NCBI GenBank assembly: GCA_965178125.1
Contig: OZ237738.1
Span: forward strand, 558,001-622,000
Length of the DNA: 64,000 nucleotides
Direction of reading: 5' to 3'
Source of the DNA: Bilabrum cf. latius
Taxonomy: Eukaryota
The notes below the pieces were generated by a model that saw only the letters and a list, made by a program, of their open reading frames with translations, ran no database searches and had not been told where the DNA came from. Positions 1 through 12,968 of the stretch are shown here, piece after piece. The position numbers and the translations under genes are program-made. The number at the start of each line of letters is the position of its first letter. Position 1 is the stretch's first letter.

Positions 1-3000
1 CGAGCTGCCGCTCATTCCAGCAATAACAGCAGCAGGCAGGGGCTCACCATGAGCTGGGCGCCAAACTCCACTTTGCCTTTGACTGGCTCCCAACCTGCTG
101 TCGAGCTTGCGCTACAAGCCCGGCGGGCCCGCGGGCGGTAGCCTTGCAGCAGCAACTGGCAGGTGCCCATCAGCCGGTGAATCTAGGCCACTTGCCCCAC
201 CCCTCTCTCGACGTAAACTGAATTCCCACCGCGGTGGTGTCCTAGACCGAGGGCCCAACGCACTCGCGTCGATGCTGGACGTGGCACCTGCGTGGCCGAC
301 AGGAGACTTCCATGGCCTTGTCGGCACTCTTAAGTTTGGAGAGGCAGCAGCATGCGGGGCGTAGTGACCTCGAACTGCTTGACCTCGGACCGCACCAGAG
401 CCTGTGCTACTAAAGCTGTGCCTCGCTCCTCCCCTTGCTGAGTCGTGGGAGCCCTCCTCAGACGAGAGCGTCCTCTCCTCGAGCTTTTTATCGGCTACTG
501 CCCGCGCCATTGCGGCTACTGTGGCCGTTGATGGCGGCACTGGTACCATACTGCGACTGGGCGACATTCTGGAGGCCGATTTCCGGAGACCTTTGTCGTA
601 TTCTGTCGATGCATCTCTGCTAGGCGCCAGGAAGGAGCGGTTCTGCCTGCGCGGAGAGCTGCCAGGCAGCATCGTGCGTCGCCGTAGCTTATCTCCTCTT
701 GAATTACCGAGCTGTGCTCCGTTGATGCCTGGAGGCATGGCTGCATGCATGACGCCCGCGGCCAGCATCTGCTTGGTCAGTGAACGAACACGCTCTCTCA
801 GGCGAGCTTTGTCCCGCTCTGACCGATCCAAGCGTCTCTTCAAGCGACTATTCACATCTGCAAGCTGCTTCTGCCGCTGCTTGTACTACCCGAGGAGCTT
901 GGTTACCTCACTGAGATCCTGTACCGATGGCTGCTGCCGTTGTGAAGAAGAGAAAGCGGCATCCACATCACTTCTATCAGGAGGAGCAATGGCACTCGAC
1001 CTTTGTGCAGCGAGGTCCAAAGCTCCGCCATCACCAGCAGCTTTCACTGTCGACAACACGGCCAATGCATCGCCCCTTGAGTTGTCAGCAGGCAGATCGG
1101 CATGAGTCGCAAGGTGTCGTGGCCCATCGCTGGAGAAACCGAGCAGCTTTGCTAGTCTTTCTCGTTTTGCTGCATCCGCTGCTTCTGCACGCATTGCTGT
1201 GAGCTCTGCACGAGCTTGAGCGGCATCCTCACGTGCTGCAAAAAGGGCTGCGTTCGTTTCGTCCAACTCATTGCGATCCGCATCTCGAGATGCCACGATT
1301 GCCTCCTTCTTTGCCTCTGCTGCAACGGCTGCGGCCTTGTGCTGTAAGGCCACCCGGAAAAGCATATGCTGCAGTGGATCGGAAGGCTCGAATGCGTCTC
1401 CAGTATGCCTTGCACTCGCACCTGCAGCGGCGCCATCGGCAGGCACGTCTTGTGGGTGCAGGGCGCGGGCAAGTGCCTCTTCCTGAAAGTCATATCGTGC
1501 TCTAGCTCCTTCGATGGATTCTTGCAGCTGCACCTTAGCCGCATACAAATCATCCGCGCTGAAAGAAATACAGAGCTGCTGGTACCGGTGGTCATCGGCT
1601 TGCTATGGGGCTCCACTGTTTTCTTCTACCAGCTACGCGAGTAACTCATCCAGGCGGTCTGCACGGTCTGCTACCGTTTCATCGTTGTCAGAAGCAGACC
1701 CTGGACCGCATTCTTCCGATGTACCACCGCTGCTGCCAGCAATGAGTGCGCCAGAAACAAGCTGCAATTTTGCAGTCATCAATTGGAGCCTTTGCCTTGC
1801 TTCGGCTCTCTCGTTTCGAAGCTCTGCGATTTCATGAGTTGACTGTGCGTTGGCGAGGTGCTTGTCAATGGAGGCTTCAATGGCATGCTCCTACTCATGG
1901 GCCTCCAACCGTGCAATGTCGCTTCCCCCCGATGCGGTCTTGATCTCTGCGTCGATATGCGCACTGGATACGCCCGTGATGGTATCCCAACGACTGATTG
2001 GTTTCATCCGCCGAATCTTCTGAGAGGAGGGCTTGAAGGTCAGCTTGGGCTTGAGCTTGCTGCCGCTACCTTTCTTGGCCCCTGAAATAGACAGACGAAC
2101 GGAGGATTTCCCGACCGTGAGCTTGCGCCGAGCTGCGACCAGCTGCTCCTGCTTTTGCTTGTACACGGCTTCCCTCTTCTACACGTTGCCTCGAAGTCTC
2201 TGCAGCTAAAGCTTCGTCTTATCGAGCGTCTTTCGAAGCGCGTTAATTTCCTTGTCCCTACCAGCCAAGGCCTGCTTGTTGTCCCTTCGAAGCTTGCTCA
2301 CTAGCGTGACGGATAGAGCATACTGGCGACGCAGCGAGTCAAGCTCAGACCTGAGCTGCTGCAACTCGCGGGCAGCTTCAGCTGCAGAGCGCAGCTTCTG
2401 TTCCAGCTCACCGCGCTGCTCCAGCAGTGCCTGCAGTCGCCTTTCAGCCCCGGCCAGCTGTGTCTCGACCTCGGCTGACTTGCGCCGGAGTAGCTCGCGC
2501 GTGTCATCGTCTTGATCGTCCGGTGCAGATCGAATCTGCTGCTCCAACTGCTGCTGTTCATGAAGCGCCGTTGCAAGCGCGTCCCTATCTTCCGTGACGC
2601 TCTTGATCTACTCGTAGAGCTCTGCTACCCTTGCCCGCATGAGCATCACCTCCCGACCCTTGCGAATCAAGGCATCCTCAAGCTGTTCCTTGGAACGAAT
2701 GTCTCGCTCTAGTCTGGCTAGCTCTTCTTGCAATTCCTTGGACCGTTTGCTCCACTCTGAGTCTTGCATGAGGTCAACGTCGCCCTGCCCGTTCGGTTGC
2801 ACACCCTGGGTATCACCGGGTGCAGACTCGTCTTGCTAAGCTTCGCCGCCAGGCACAGTGCCATGCTCGTCAAAGCTGTGCGTGGGGTGCTCGCTAGTAG
2901 AGGTGCTTGGCAAGTGAAGGGTCGCATTCGTTGCGGCAGACGGCGACTGCGGTGTACCACTGGGTGAGATATCTGCTCCAGGCGGACGACTTGGTGCAGC

Positions 3001-5451
3001 TTGCTAGGAGCCCGTCAGTTCACCAGGCTGGTGCCCTGGCTGGGTACCGATTTCCCCGATTTCCGCACGATCATGCATCGCAGGCACCTCTCTGGCGTCT
3101 CCAATCTCTCGAATGGCACGCAGAGCGTCCTCGCTGAGAAACACGAACCCACCTGGGTCGGCACTGTCATCGCTTGAGACCCCATCGCCAACGGCCACAT
3201 CGTGATTTGGTTGTGCGAGGCCCGCCAAATCTGATGATCGCTCCCTTGCGCCATTGGACAGCGCATGCTCGATGATGTTCTCTGCGTCGACCACAGCTTC
3301 GAATAAAGTCTAGGCGATTCTGGTGGCACTGTGTACGTCATGAGACGTTGCAGACGACTCGATGGCCGATGCCAGCCGGTCTCTTGCGCTCTCGCAATTG
3401 CGCTGCAGCTTGCCCACCGCCTCAGACCGATCATCCAGCCTGGCCTAAAGGTCATCTGCATCTTCACGGACGAGTTCCAGCTTTCGCCTGTCTTCCAGCA
3501 GCTGGCCCACGGCATCAACCAGGTCATCGTGGTTCGTTGTGCCCAGTGCACGCTGAATAGCTGCCAAAGTCGCTTGCAATTCCATGTGTTCCGCGGAACG
3601 GCTCGCAACGTGCGTGGTTAAAGGAGGAGCAGGCTCGCTGGTTTGCGAGCTCCTCGAGTCCGAGTCCTCCCTTCCCTCCGGCTCGCCATCCGTTGCAGGC
3701 TTATCGCCAACTGGACTGATGCTGCGGCTTGCAGAGAGCTGGGATGGGGCGGCCTCGAGTTGAGCGCGCAGAGTGGCAATCTCGGCGCGAAGGGCAGCGA
3801 TGATGCCGGCCTTGGGGTCGAGGTTGACCTTGGCTCTGTTCTTGATATTCTTGGCCCTGTTGGCGTACCTGAGCGTGTTCAAAGTCTCTTCCAAGGACGA
3901 CGCGGCGGGAGACACGCAGGCCACCATGGCTGTCCTGCTGTTCCCGCCCAGTGCGTCCTGCAGAAGCCGGGTCAGTTTCGAGTCGCGGTAGGGCACATGG
4001 CTGATGGACCGGCGTTTCCTCTCGTCTCCCAGTGCACTGATGACGTTGCCAAGAGCGAGCAGGCCCTTGTTGATGGCAATTCCTTCCTTCATCCTTGTGC
4101 CGGTTGCCTTTGTTTTCTTCTGCCGCTCAGATCCTGCAAGGTCCACGAAATGCACCTTGGACCGGCGCACCTCCACCATCGGTCCAGGTCCAGCGGCTCC
4201 TGCGCCAGAGGAGGCATCGGCACCCGCTTCCTCGGTTTCTGAAATGATCCGCCTGTCGAGTTCCAGCGTGAATATTGCATGAGAACGGCTAGAATGCACG
4301 TTCATTTTGGTAGCGCCAGTGGCTCGCCGCAGCACGCCCTGCTCGAGGTAGGTCAGCGCCTCCTTGGCAGACGAGACCTCCCGTGTATCGAGCCCGACCA
4401 CTTCGATGCCTCGGGGCCCTTCCCGCAGTGCGAGACTGGCCTCTGGCTGCTGGCCCAAGGCCTACCACGCTCTGCCGCTGTCCGCTCCATCGGTGGACGC
4501 TAGAAGGTCCCGCACGATCTCCCCGTACACTTCCACCATGGACACCCTGATCTCGAAGGAAGTGGTAGATCTTGCAGGCGGCGGCAAACCGCCGCCCTGG
4601 GAGCCCTCGAGGGTGTTTCGTTTGATTTCCTCCATGGCCTCTTCTGAGAGGCGATCAAACAGGTCGTGAAGGAAGCGCGGCAATATACCGGCAGTCGCGT
4701 CCAGCTCCTCAATTGCCTCGGCCTCCGGGTCTGTTTTGGGTTCCGCAGCAGAGGCTTCCTGGGCCTGGCTGGAGGTGCTGCTATCATCAGAGTCACTGTC
4801 AATATGCTTGTCAATATCTCCAGCATCAAGCCCGATCCGATCGTTCGATATCTCAACTCGGGCGCCTGAGTTCGTGAGATGCCGCCTTGATGATCGCGAT
4901 CCTCTTTGCCTGCCGGCGGTGCTTCCAGACCCCATTGTATACGTTTTACCGCTTCCAGTTTGACCGTAACAAAAAATGGTGGCGTTGTATCCTTCCAACG
5001 AAGACTGCAGCAGCGGCCGAGCACACTGCTGGTATGCAGCTTCCTGCTCGGCCCCAGAATCTAGCACGACGTCGAAGGTAAATCTTCGTGAGCCTCCGAC
5101 TACGACCGTGCTTTGGGATCCAGTTTGAACCTCGACGCAGCTGCGATCTCGCTTTAATCTTTCCTAACCTAGCATTGGCCTGATCCGGACAGCAACATGC
5201 ACCTTCCCGTCTTCAACTTGGCTCGCGGGTCCTGGCCCGGCGTCAGTAATAGTTTTCGGCTGGGCTTCCAATCCAGCCCTCGGCGGTACGGGCGATTCTT
5301 GCGGTTCTACGACACTCGGTGGCGACAGTGACGGAAGTTCTGCATCAGCTGCAACTTCGCTCTCACTGCTAGGTGGCTTTGTATTAGGAGTCCCTGCGCT
5401 TGCTCCTATATTAGGTAATCTTGGAATAGACGATTCCCTTCTCAATGACAT
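1..5451 (-). CDS. Kinesin-4-like (KIF4/KIF21/KIF27 family) motor with long coiled-coil tail; 3' end runs out of the window
   Basis: One frame from ATG 5451 to the window edge, broken only by 14 TAG (5164, 4462, 3445, 3310, 3004, 2836, 2608, 2206, 2179, 1891, 1633, 1603, 886, 112). Motor motifs are [47 protein letters not shown] and [20 protein letters not shown]. Two TAGs (5164, 4462) lie inside the motor domain. Confidence 0.93.
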
Positions 5452-5505
5452 TCTACGACAATGTCAAAGTGGAATTTCATGAATCGATGCTGAACGAACA
5501 CATCA

Positions 5506-5549
5506 AGTGGTCGCAACCGGCAGGTTTGGAATGGACATGGTGGTCGCAC
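5506..5549. promoter_or_regulatory. Two GTGGTCGCA copies upstream of the kinesin start; candidate cis-element
   Basis: AGTGGTCGCAACC at 5506-5518 is identical to 39868-39880, and GTGGTCGCAC is at 5540-5549. Both lie in a 132-bp intergenic gap. Confidence 0.38.
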
Positions 5550-5583
5550 GAGTGCACAGACACATGGAGCTAACTGGGACCAA

Positions 5584-7376
5584 TCACACATCTGGTACGG
5601 AGCTGGAATGCATCATCTGCTGCACTCGCTAGTCTCGCGCGCTCGAATCCGAGCCTGTCCTGTCGTGCCTGCGGCCTGTGGGCAGCGATGCAGTGCCAGG
5701 CTCGCCCTCCCCTCCTCCAGCCACACCGCTCATCCCGCTCCGGTAGCTGGCATCCCCGCGATCGGACATCTCCACCTCGGACCTGCCGCTGCTCGCGCGC
5801 CCCCCAAGAGAGCTGGAGGACGCCGCAGCCGCCCCTGGGATGGCCCTGCTCGCGGCGATCACCGGGCTCGTCACGCGGATCCCAATGTCATCGTCGTCCT
5901 CGCCGTCCAGGACGGCGTCAAGGTCACTGGGCTCTGCAAAACTGTCAGTGCGCTGCACCTGGAACCCCATGGCTGCGCCAGCCCCGTCCTGCGCGGAGTA
6001 CATGGGCACGTCCCCCCCCCTCGCGGCTGCAGAGCCACCCCCACCACCTCCGTTGTGCCGCCCCGACTTGCCACCAGCTTCCGCATCCAGCTCGTCCTCA
6101 AGCCTCGTGCGATTCACGCCAGAAGGCTGCCCCGAGCCGCTCAAAACCTTCCGCTCGTCGGGGTCTCCAGCAGCGCAGCACACCGGGCATATCGGCGCGA
6201 AGGCATTGCGGATCGTGTCCCGGACCTCTGGGGAGAGGCCGTAGACGAGGGCATTAAGCATGCCCTGGGACGAGGAAAGCGCCTTCTGGAGGAGGAACAG
6301 CGTGAATACCTTCTTCCCCCCGCTGAAGGACTCGTATAGGCGATTGATGACGGCGAAGAACCAGATTCCGATCAGGATCATCGGGTAGAACTGGAGCTTG
6401 AAGACGACTGCCCGCATCTTCTGCGCGGTCTAGTCGGCCTCTGTAGCCGCGGCACTCCCTGGGCCCATTTTCTGCGCGGCAGTGTCCGCTGCCGTGAGCG
6501 TGTTGTTGATGAGCCGGATGACCCTGACGTAGACGTAGCAGTTGAATATGATGGCCAGGAATAGGGGCACAAAGAACTGGACTGCGAATCAGAGACAACG
6601 TGGAGGAAATGAGCTTTTTGCGTCGGTAGTTCTGCGAAAATGTGCGCCAGCAGGGGGTGGGTGCTCGGTGCGATTCTCACTGTATCGCCACTCGTCATGG
6701 TCGTCTGTGATCCAGCACCATGCCCCGCTCTCGCCGTAGTAGCCAAGGGCGCCCGGGATTACAGTTAGAATGAGGGGGACACCGTTGCATACAAGAACCA
6801 TCCAGATGAACTTGGATTCGATCGCTTCGACCTACATACGCAGGAAGATCGACACTGCGAGGGTGGTCGGTCCAATCAATCGAGCGCAAGAGCCAAATCC
6901 TTCGAAAGTACGACCGAAAGAAAAATGATCGAAACAGTATCCGTTCTTACTGTACAGGGTAGCTGCAATCGAGGTAGTCCACATGACTGACGACAGTTCG
7001 AAGAAACTCTCCAGCCAGGCCTAGGTTAGGCATAGCCCTGATGGGTCGCCATTAATTGTCTCATCCGTATTCTCAACGATATTGGAAGGCGTCAGGAAGT
7101 CCCCGATCTCTGCACAAAACGGATAGAAATGGTGGGATCTGCAACTGCTCGCCAGGCGCGGAGCAGTGCATCAATTCGGGACTTTGCAAACTCACGGTTG
7201 AAGAAGTCGTTCAAACTTAACACAAAAACAAGCTGAAACGCAAACTTTCGCAGGTTCGGGACCAAAATGTAGCAAAGGATGATGAACGAGCTCCCCGCAA
7301 CCGACAAGGCGGATACAAACGTTGACACGATGCTGATTGTCTCAATCTATCCCGTGGATAGCGTTTCTGTCGGCAT
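5584..7376 (-). CDS. 7TM GPCR, cAMP-receptor/GCR1-like family (4 exons)
   Basis: Exons 7376-7196, 7109-6951, 6854-6681 and 6581-5584, with GT..GCAG introns of 86, 96 and 99 nt. Motifs are LSVAGSSFIILCY, LRKFAFQLVFVLS, CLT*AWLESFFELSSVMWTTSIA, GAWCWI, FYPMILIGIW and SQGMLNALVYG. Five in-frame TAG (7347, 7021, 6832, 6430, 5629). Stop is TGA 5584-5586. Confidence 0.88.
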
Positions 7377-7581
7377 TACTACAATATAATAAAGAAACAA
7401 CCTGTCCAAGTATCTCAGAGACAAAGAAGCTGTAGTGCGAGTCCAGTTACCGCAGACGTTCCATGGTTCGCTATGTGCAAAATGAACGTTCGACATGACG
7501 AAGAGGCAGAAAATGTCTGCGGGCGCCCATTGAAAGCTTGTACAGTCTTTGTGTCGGAATTTTAGCATCGCTAGCATATTC

Positions 7582-10500
7582 ATGCTTTCTTAGCTCCGCA
7601 GTGCCATATCTGGAGTCGCAAGTGCAGTATCAAGGCGCTCCGAGCACGGCGACTAGGCAGCGTAGAGGAAACAGGACCCCGATCCAGTAGTTGGGTAGCT
7701 TTCAGCGGACCATGAAGCCTGGCATTCTGCAGTACAGGACCTATCTCGGGCGTCTTATGCAGCTCGATCATCGCTGCGGCAATTCCTTCTCGACTAGCAC
7801 AAGCTGCACAACTCCTTGAGAAGATTAGATGCCCTCGCACAGGGAGAGTCGCAGCAGATGCACGCGCGAAAAATAGATGTAATACAACATGCAATATCAA
7901 CTAGTGGCGGGCAGGATGCCCTAGATGCGTTTGATTGGGGGATTCTGCGGCCGGTCCATCGCGCCGAAGCAGAGCTTGCAGAGCTAGGCAACAGGCTGAA
8001 GCGTCGCCAGCAAGTTCACAGGGACCTTGAGCATTGGTCTGCGTAGCTTGCTTCACTATAGCGCAGTGCAAACTCGTCAGCGCACCGATTTGCCCGGGGC
8101 ATCCAGCAGCGTCTCGCGGACGGCTTCACGGCAGTGGCCCGAAACGCCCGAGGCGGCCCCAAGCCAAGCGCTGGCGCAGGGCCGACTGCACAGACGCCAA
8201 GTGAAAGTGCGTTCAAGCCCGGACGGAGCTACGAGGCCCCAAAGTCTGCAGCAGCAGGTGACGCATATGCAACCGCGGGGATGGCAGGTGCCAGCGGTAC
8301 GGCAGCAGCCCCGTCTGGCTTTGGCAGGCAGGATACACCTCTCGCGATGGCAGGGAGTGATCAGGCGGTGGTGGTCGAGCGACTAGCGGCCGCACAAGCG
8401 GAGTACGATGCCATTACAGCGGCCATGCGGTCAGAGCTGGTGCGCTGGAGATAGTCTAGGCCTAGGCTGGCGCAGCAGGTCTGCGAGCGCGGCGCAACTG
8501 CCATCGGGCTGTTGCTGCAGGAGGCCGGCGCCCGGGCAAGCGAGGTATCGGGCATCGGGGCCTCAGATCAAACCGAGATTCGATCTGGGGTGGACCAGCT
8601 GCCAGCGTCGGGCCCTGTACCCCCTTCGTGTTCTGCGACTCCACAGGCAAGCAGTCCGGTGGGGCCCGTGCGACACAGCCGCGCCAGGGCTTTGCTGTCC
8701 TCGTTGGCGCGAGCAGACAGAGAGAACTTTGAGCGCTGGAGCGCAGGAACTGCAAGTGATCGCGAGCATGCTCATTCGGAAAGCCTGCAGGCCTCTAGTG
8801 CGTCGGGCAAGGGCAAGGGCAAGGGAGAGGCCAGCGGCTCGTCCCGGGCACGCCAGCACGTCTCCAGACTGTCACCTGCCATAGGATCCATTGGAGGGCA
8901 GTCTCTGCCGGAGCTGCCCCCGCTTCAGCTCGGTCCCAAGCAGAGTCCATAGAGAAAAGATGCTGTGCATGATGCTGGCGCCTTGATATCAGCACTGGGC
9001 GGAAGCATTGACACTTTGCACCCGTGGTGGGAGGCCCGCCAGCATAGGCTATCGGCGAGCCCCGGGCCGCTGCCATCAGCGCCCCCTGCGGAACCAGGCG
9101 CGGCGACTCTAGAGCAGAAGCCTTCTGAGCTGCAAGCATCCAGTGTGCACTTGGCTCGAGATGCAGCGGATGCCTCATGCGTTGGCGCCGTGGGTTTGAA
9201 CCCTGCCGCGGACCGGTCACCGCTGGGAAGCTCGCGAGCCACACCGACCGGGGCGATGTCGCGTGCCGACTCGCCGGCCATGCGATCGAGGGAAGGTTCT
9301 TTGATGGACATGCGGTTGTCCCCGGCAGGGCTGCCGCCATCATCGCATGGCGGTCCGCGGAAGGTAAGAATACGCAGGCCAGTGCCCGCGCCAGCCTTTT
9401 CGAGGGCTAGGGTGGTGCCGTAGATTGACGGGCCCGAGTGCTCCACATTCGAGGAGCACATGCGTTGTGGGCAAGCAATGTCGCTAAATATGGTGCTACT
9501 CGATCAAACGATGTACGAGGATCGCTTGGGGAACAACTGGCTCGTGTCAAAACTGGACCGGAGAGACCGATGGATGGCGAGGAGAAAAGAGGCAATCCTT
9601 GCGGGTGACCCTCAGGATTCCGCCGCACTAGAGGTGCATGAGAATGCCGCTGCATAGTTTTCGGTTGAATCTGCGCGGAGTCGCACAGCCGTTGCTGCTG
9701 AGTCCGAGCGAAGAAGCCTGGTCGGGCTTTTGAGCGAGTCTGCGGACTGGGCCAGCCAACTTGCTGAGTATCTTGATGTTCGTGACCTCTCATCACTGCA
9801 GCAGAGCTGCAAACAAATAGCAGCGACACTGACTAACACCTCCAAGCCTTGGCTTCGATCCTGCTGGAATGGAGGCGTGCCAAGCAGGCTGAGAGCTCGA
9901 TTCTGGTCGTGGGTGACCGGATCGAGCCCGGCATTGGGTCGGCCACCCTCATGGTCTGTGGCGGCTACGGGCATGTCGTTGGATTTGGTGCAGCTAGCCG
10001 GTCCAGGTACCGCAGCCGACAAAAGCAAGGGTCACATTCGAGCTCCGTACGCACCGTGCACTGCTTCCGAGTATAGCGCGCTGTGCAGGGTCGCTCTTAT
10101 GGAGAGGTTAGAGGCCGGGGACGGAGACTGTGATAGTGATGTCGCCGAGCGCGCCGAGTGGGCGGACCTGATCGAGCAGGACGTTCTGCGGACGCACTTT
10201 GGGCTCGAAATGCTCGAAGGCAAAGGCGGTTCCGTAATTGGTGGAGACGCAGAAGGTGCAGACGCAAAGAATCCGCATAGTCCGCTGGGTGTTGCAGCAA
10301 CGCCTTCAAAGAAGCGGGCAGACAGGGCCGAGCTCGCGAGCCCCATCCTGGAACGCAGCATGGCCACGATATCCAGGTCCCTGCAGGTTCCTGTCACCGC
10401 CTTGCAACTGGAGCGCGGTATTCGCACGTCCATTGTGGGAAATCAAGTGCGGGTGTCTGGGCATGCAGCATCACCAGCACGTTCCGTAGGGAGTGCCGCC

Positions 10501-11433
10501 GCAGCTCCAGGCAGGTTGCCAGGCGCAGGGTCAGGTTCGCGTTCCGCTGGTAGCCGCGCCGACTCTGCCATCTTGTTGCATCGAAAAAGAGTCCGCCTAA
10601 CGCGGCTTCTGTATGCATGCGCGCAGGCCTTCAGCTGCCGGTATTGCCAAGGCATGAACTATCTTGCTGCCATGCTGCTCGAGCAGTGTGACGCAGAGGG
10701 TAGCGAGGCGGTGCGGGATCCAGCAAGTGCAACTGAGGATGGATACAGTGGGCAGGGCGGCATGCTGGACTGGAACTCGATGCCGATTACAGCAGGGGAG
10801 GTCCTTTCCTTCAACCTGCTGAGGTAGCTGTTCGACCAGCGGGGCATGGAGGGGCTCTTCTCGCGAGATATGCGAGCGGTAGGCCCGCTCTTATTCGCGC
10901 TGGAACACGTCATGTGGAGGCTGCTCCCGGACGCTTAGGCAGCGCTGAAGCGGGCAGGCATCTCCCCTGCCATGTTCGCGACTGGCTGGGTCATGACCCT
11001 GCTGAGCAACGAGCGGGCTGTGCCAAGGGAGCTTGCTCCGAGGGTGTGGGACGCTTTCCTGGTGGGTGGATGGCCGGAACTGCTTAGGGCTGTCGTTGCA
11101 GTGATTGCCGCGATGCGGTCTCAGATTGTGTCAGGGCTGGCTGTGAGGGCTGGTGCCCAGTCTGGCAGCGACGGTGAAAGTGGTCTGTCTGAGAGCGAGT
11201 CTGGCAATGCGGGTGGATCGCGGCTGGGTGCCCTGGGTTCTTCGAGCCGAACTGACGATGATGCCATGAGCCGCTTGCTCCCGATGCTCATGAGCCCGAG
11301 GAAGTTTGAGCCCATGTGCAGGGCAGACGCAGGGCACTTGTGGCTAGCGTGCGTGTCGGGATGCACCGTGCAGCCTCGCATGGTCGAGGAGGCTGTCGCG
11401 GTGGTGGGGCGGGAGCAAGACCGAGAGCGGTGA
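7582..11433 (+). CDS. TBC-domain (Rab-GAP) protein, about 1283 aa
   Basis: A single + frame from ATG 7582 to TGA 11431-11433 with 13 in-frame TAG. TBC motifs are GGVPSRLRARFW, IEQDVLRT, YCQGMNYLAAMLL, FATGWVMTL and RVWDAFL. TAGs at 10825 and 10936 lie inside the TBC domain. The start codon is inferred. Confidence 0.85.
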
Positions 11434-11588
11434 ACAAGTAGGGATGGCAGGTGCTACCGCCGTACATTTTACGTGAGCTATAGCTGGGATAGATTTGCGC
11501 TGGAGTTGTGATTGTGGATGCATTTTGTCATGCATAATATCAGGCACTGCCATCGACGGATAGAGATCTGCTGCAAAATGCCTTGTAA

Positions 11589-12812
11589 TCACTGCCTGCC
11601 ATCCTAACCAGGATCATCGAGCGGCTTTGAATCCTATGGAGGTGACACAACCCCCCGTCGCAACTTTCGTCGCCTGCGGACGCCAACGTCATTGCCTCGG
11701 CGAGTACCTTGTCGGTCCTTGCCTGCACCTCGGCGAGCTGCATCCTCGGCCAACGGCTGCTCATCCCTAGCCTCACGCCCCTGCATCCCGCCCTTGCCGC
11801 GATGGCCATGCTTGGAATGCTATTCTATGGGAGCAGCGGTATCTCCTGCCCGTGACGCGGTGCTCCCCGCCTACCTCGGTGCCTACTCAGGGCGAGGGCG
11901 ATCCTCTTGAGCCAGCTTGGGGGGTCCGCGTGTTGGGTCGTCCGAGGGCCGCGCTGGTTTCTGGTCAGCACCCCGCTATTGACTAGACTCTGATTTCTTC
12001 TCTTTGCTCCGAAAGAAAGCGACAGCTGCCGATGGTAGCTGCTGCCTGGAAGACAGCGCGCCGGTGGCGTGCTTGAGCGGGTCGTACGTCGGTAGGGCCC
12101 TGATGTAGCTTAGCTCGAGGCTGAACGGCCCATCGTTCCCGTCCATAGTAGTGAAACCAAAGTTCACAAAGTCGTCATCGAGTGGGATATCGGCGTGTTG
12201 CAGCGGCTTGCCTCGATCCAAGAAAACCAAGTCGTCGAATGGCACCACCACCGTGGTCCATCCACCTGCCGGGGGCTTTATCTTGCTGCGGAGGACAGGG
12301 CAAAGAGAACAGTATACCAAGTAGAATACAAATTATTTCAATGCGGCTGGTATCAAAGCAAGTCTCGAGAGCTCTCACGCCTGGTGGATCAGCATTCTAC
12401 TAACTAGGCTGGCATGCAGGTTGAGAGCATAGCTCCTGCCATCCCCTTTCACCCTTAGTTCCAACGCTTCGAACCCAGTAACTACAAACTTGTGTTTCTA
12501 ACTAGTGGACTGAAAATTTGCATAGCCGCCAAGTTTCGGCCTGCGAATTCCCTCGAACTTTACCTCCCCGTGGAAGTGCGCACTGCCAAAATTACCGTAC
12601 TATTTGTAATCAATGCTCGCAGTTGACTGCCCACCAATGGATTGATCAGATTGCGTGATAAGTTTCAACGAGTCAAAGGCCTATTTTGAATCGAAGGCTA
12701 CCAGATCTCGCCACGGTGCACCAAGCATCTCCTCCTCAAAATACTTCAATTCGGCTTCAGACTTCACAGCTCCCAGCCTTTGTATCCCTTTTCGAAGCAA
12801 TCGACTAACCAT
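11589..12812 (-). CDS. CIA30/NDUFAF1-family complex I assembly factor (2 exons) with low-complexity C-terminal tail
   Basis: Exons 12812-12379 and 12285-11589, with a 93-nt GT..CGCAG intron. Motifs are SDQSIGGQST, FHGEV, GGYANF, FEALELRVKGDGRSY, WTTVVVPFDD and DGPFSLELSYIRA. Nine in-frame TAG, three of them in exon 1 (12681, 12600, 12498). First TGA is 11589-11591. Confidence 0.83.
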
Positions 12813-12968
12813 GCCTAACTGTAACCAGCTGAACGCGCTGTTGGGACTACAGAGTGGCCGATTTTGCTGGAGGCATCGCGTCAACTCGGAGCTCGAACAG
12901 GCCGATTCGCGTGGGCCGCAAACGGAGGAGTGATTGCACTTGTCACGCGATTATAATCTCTTTGGAAT

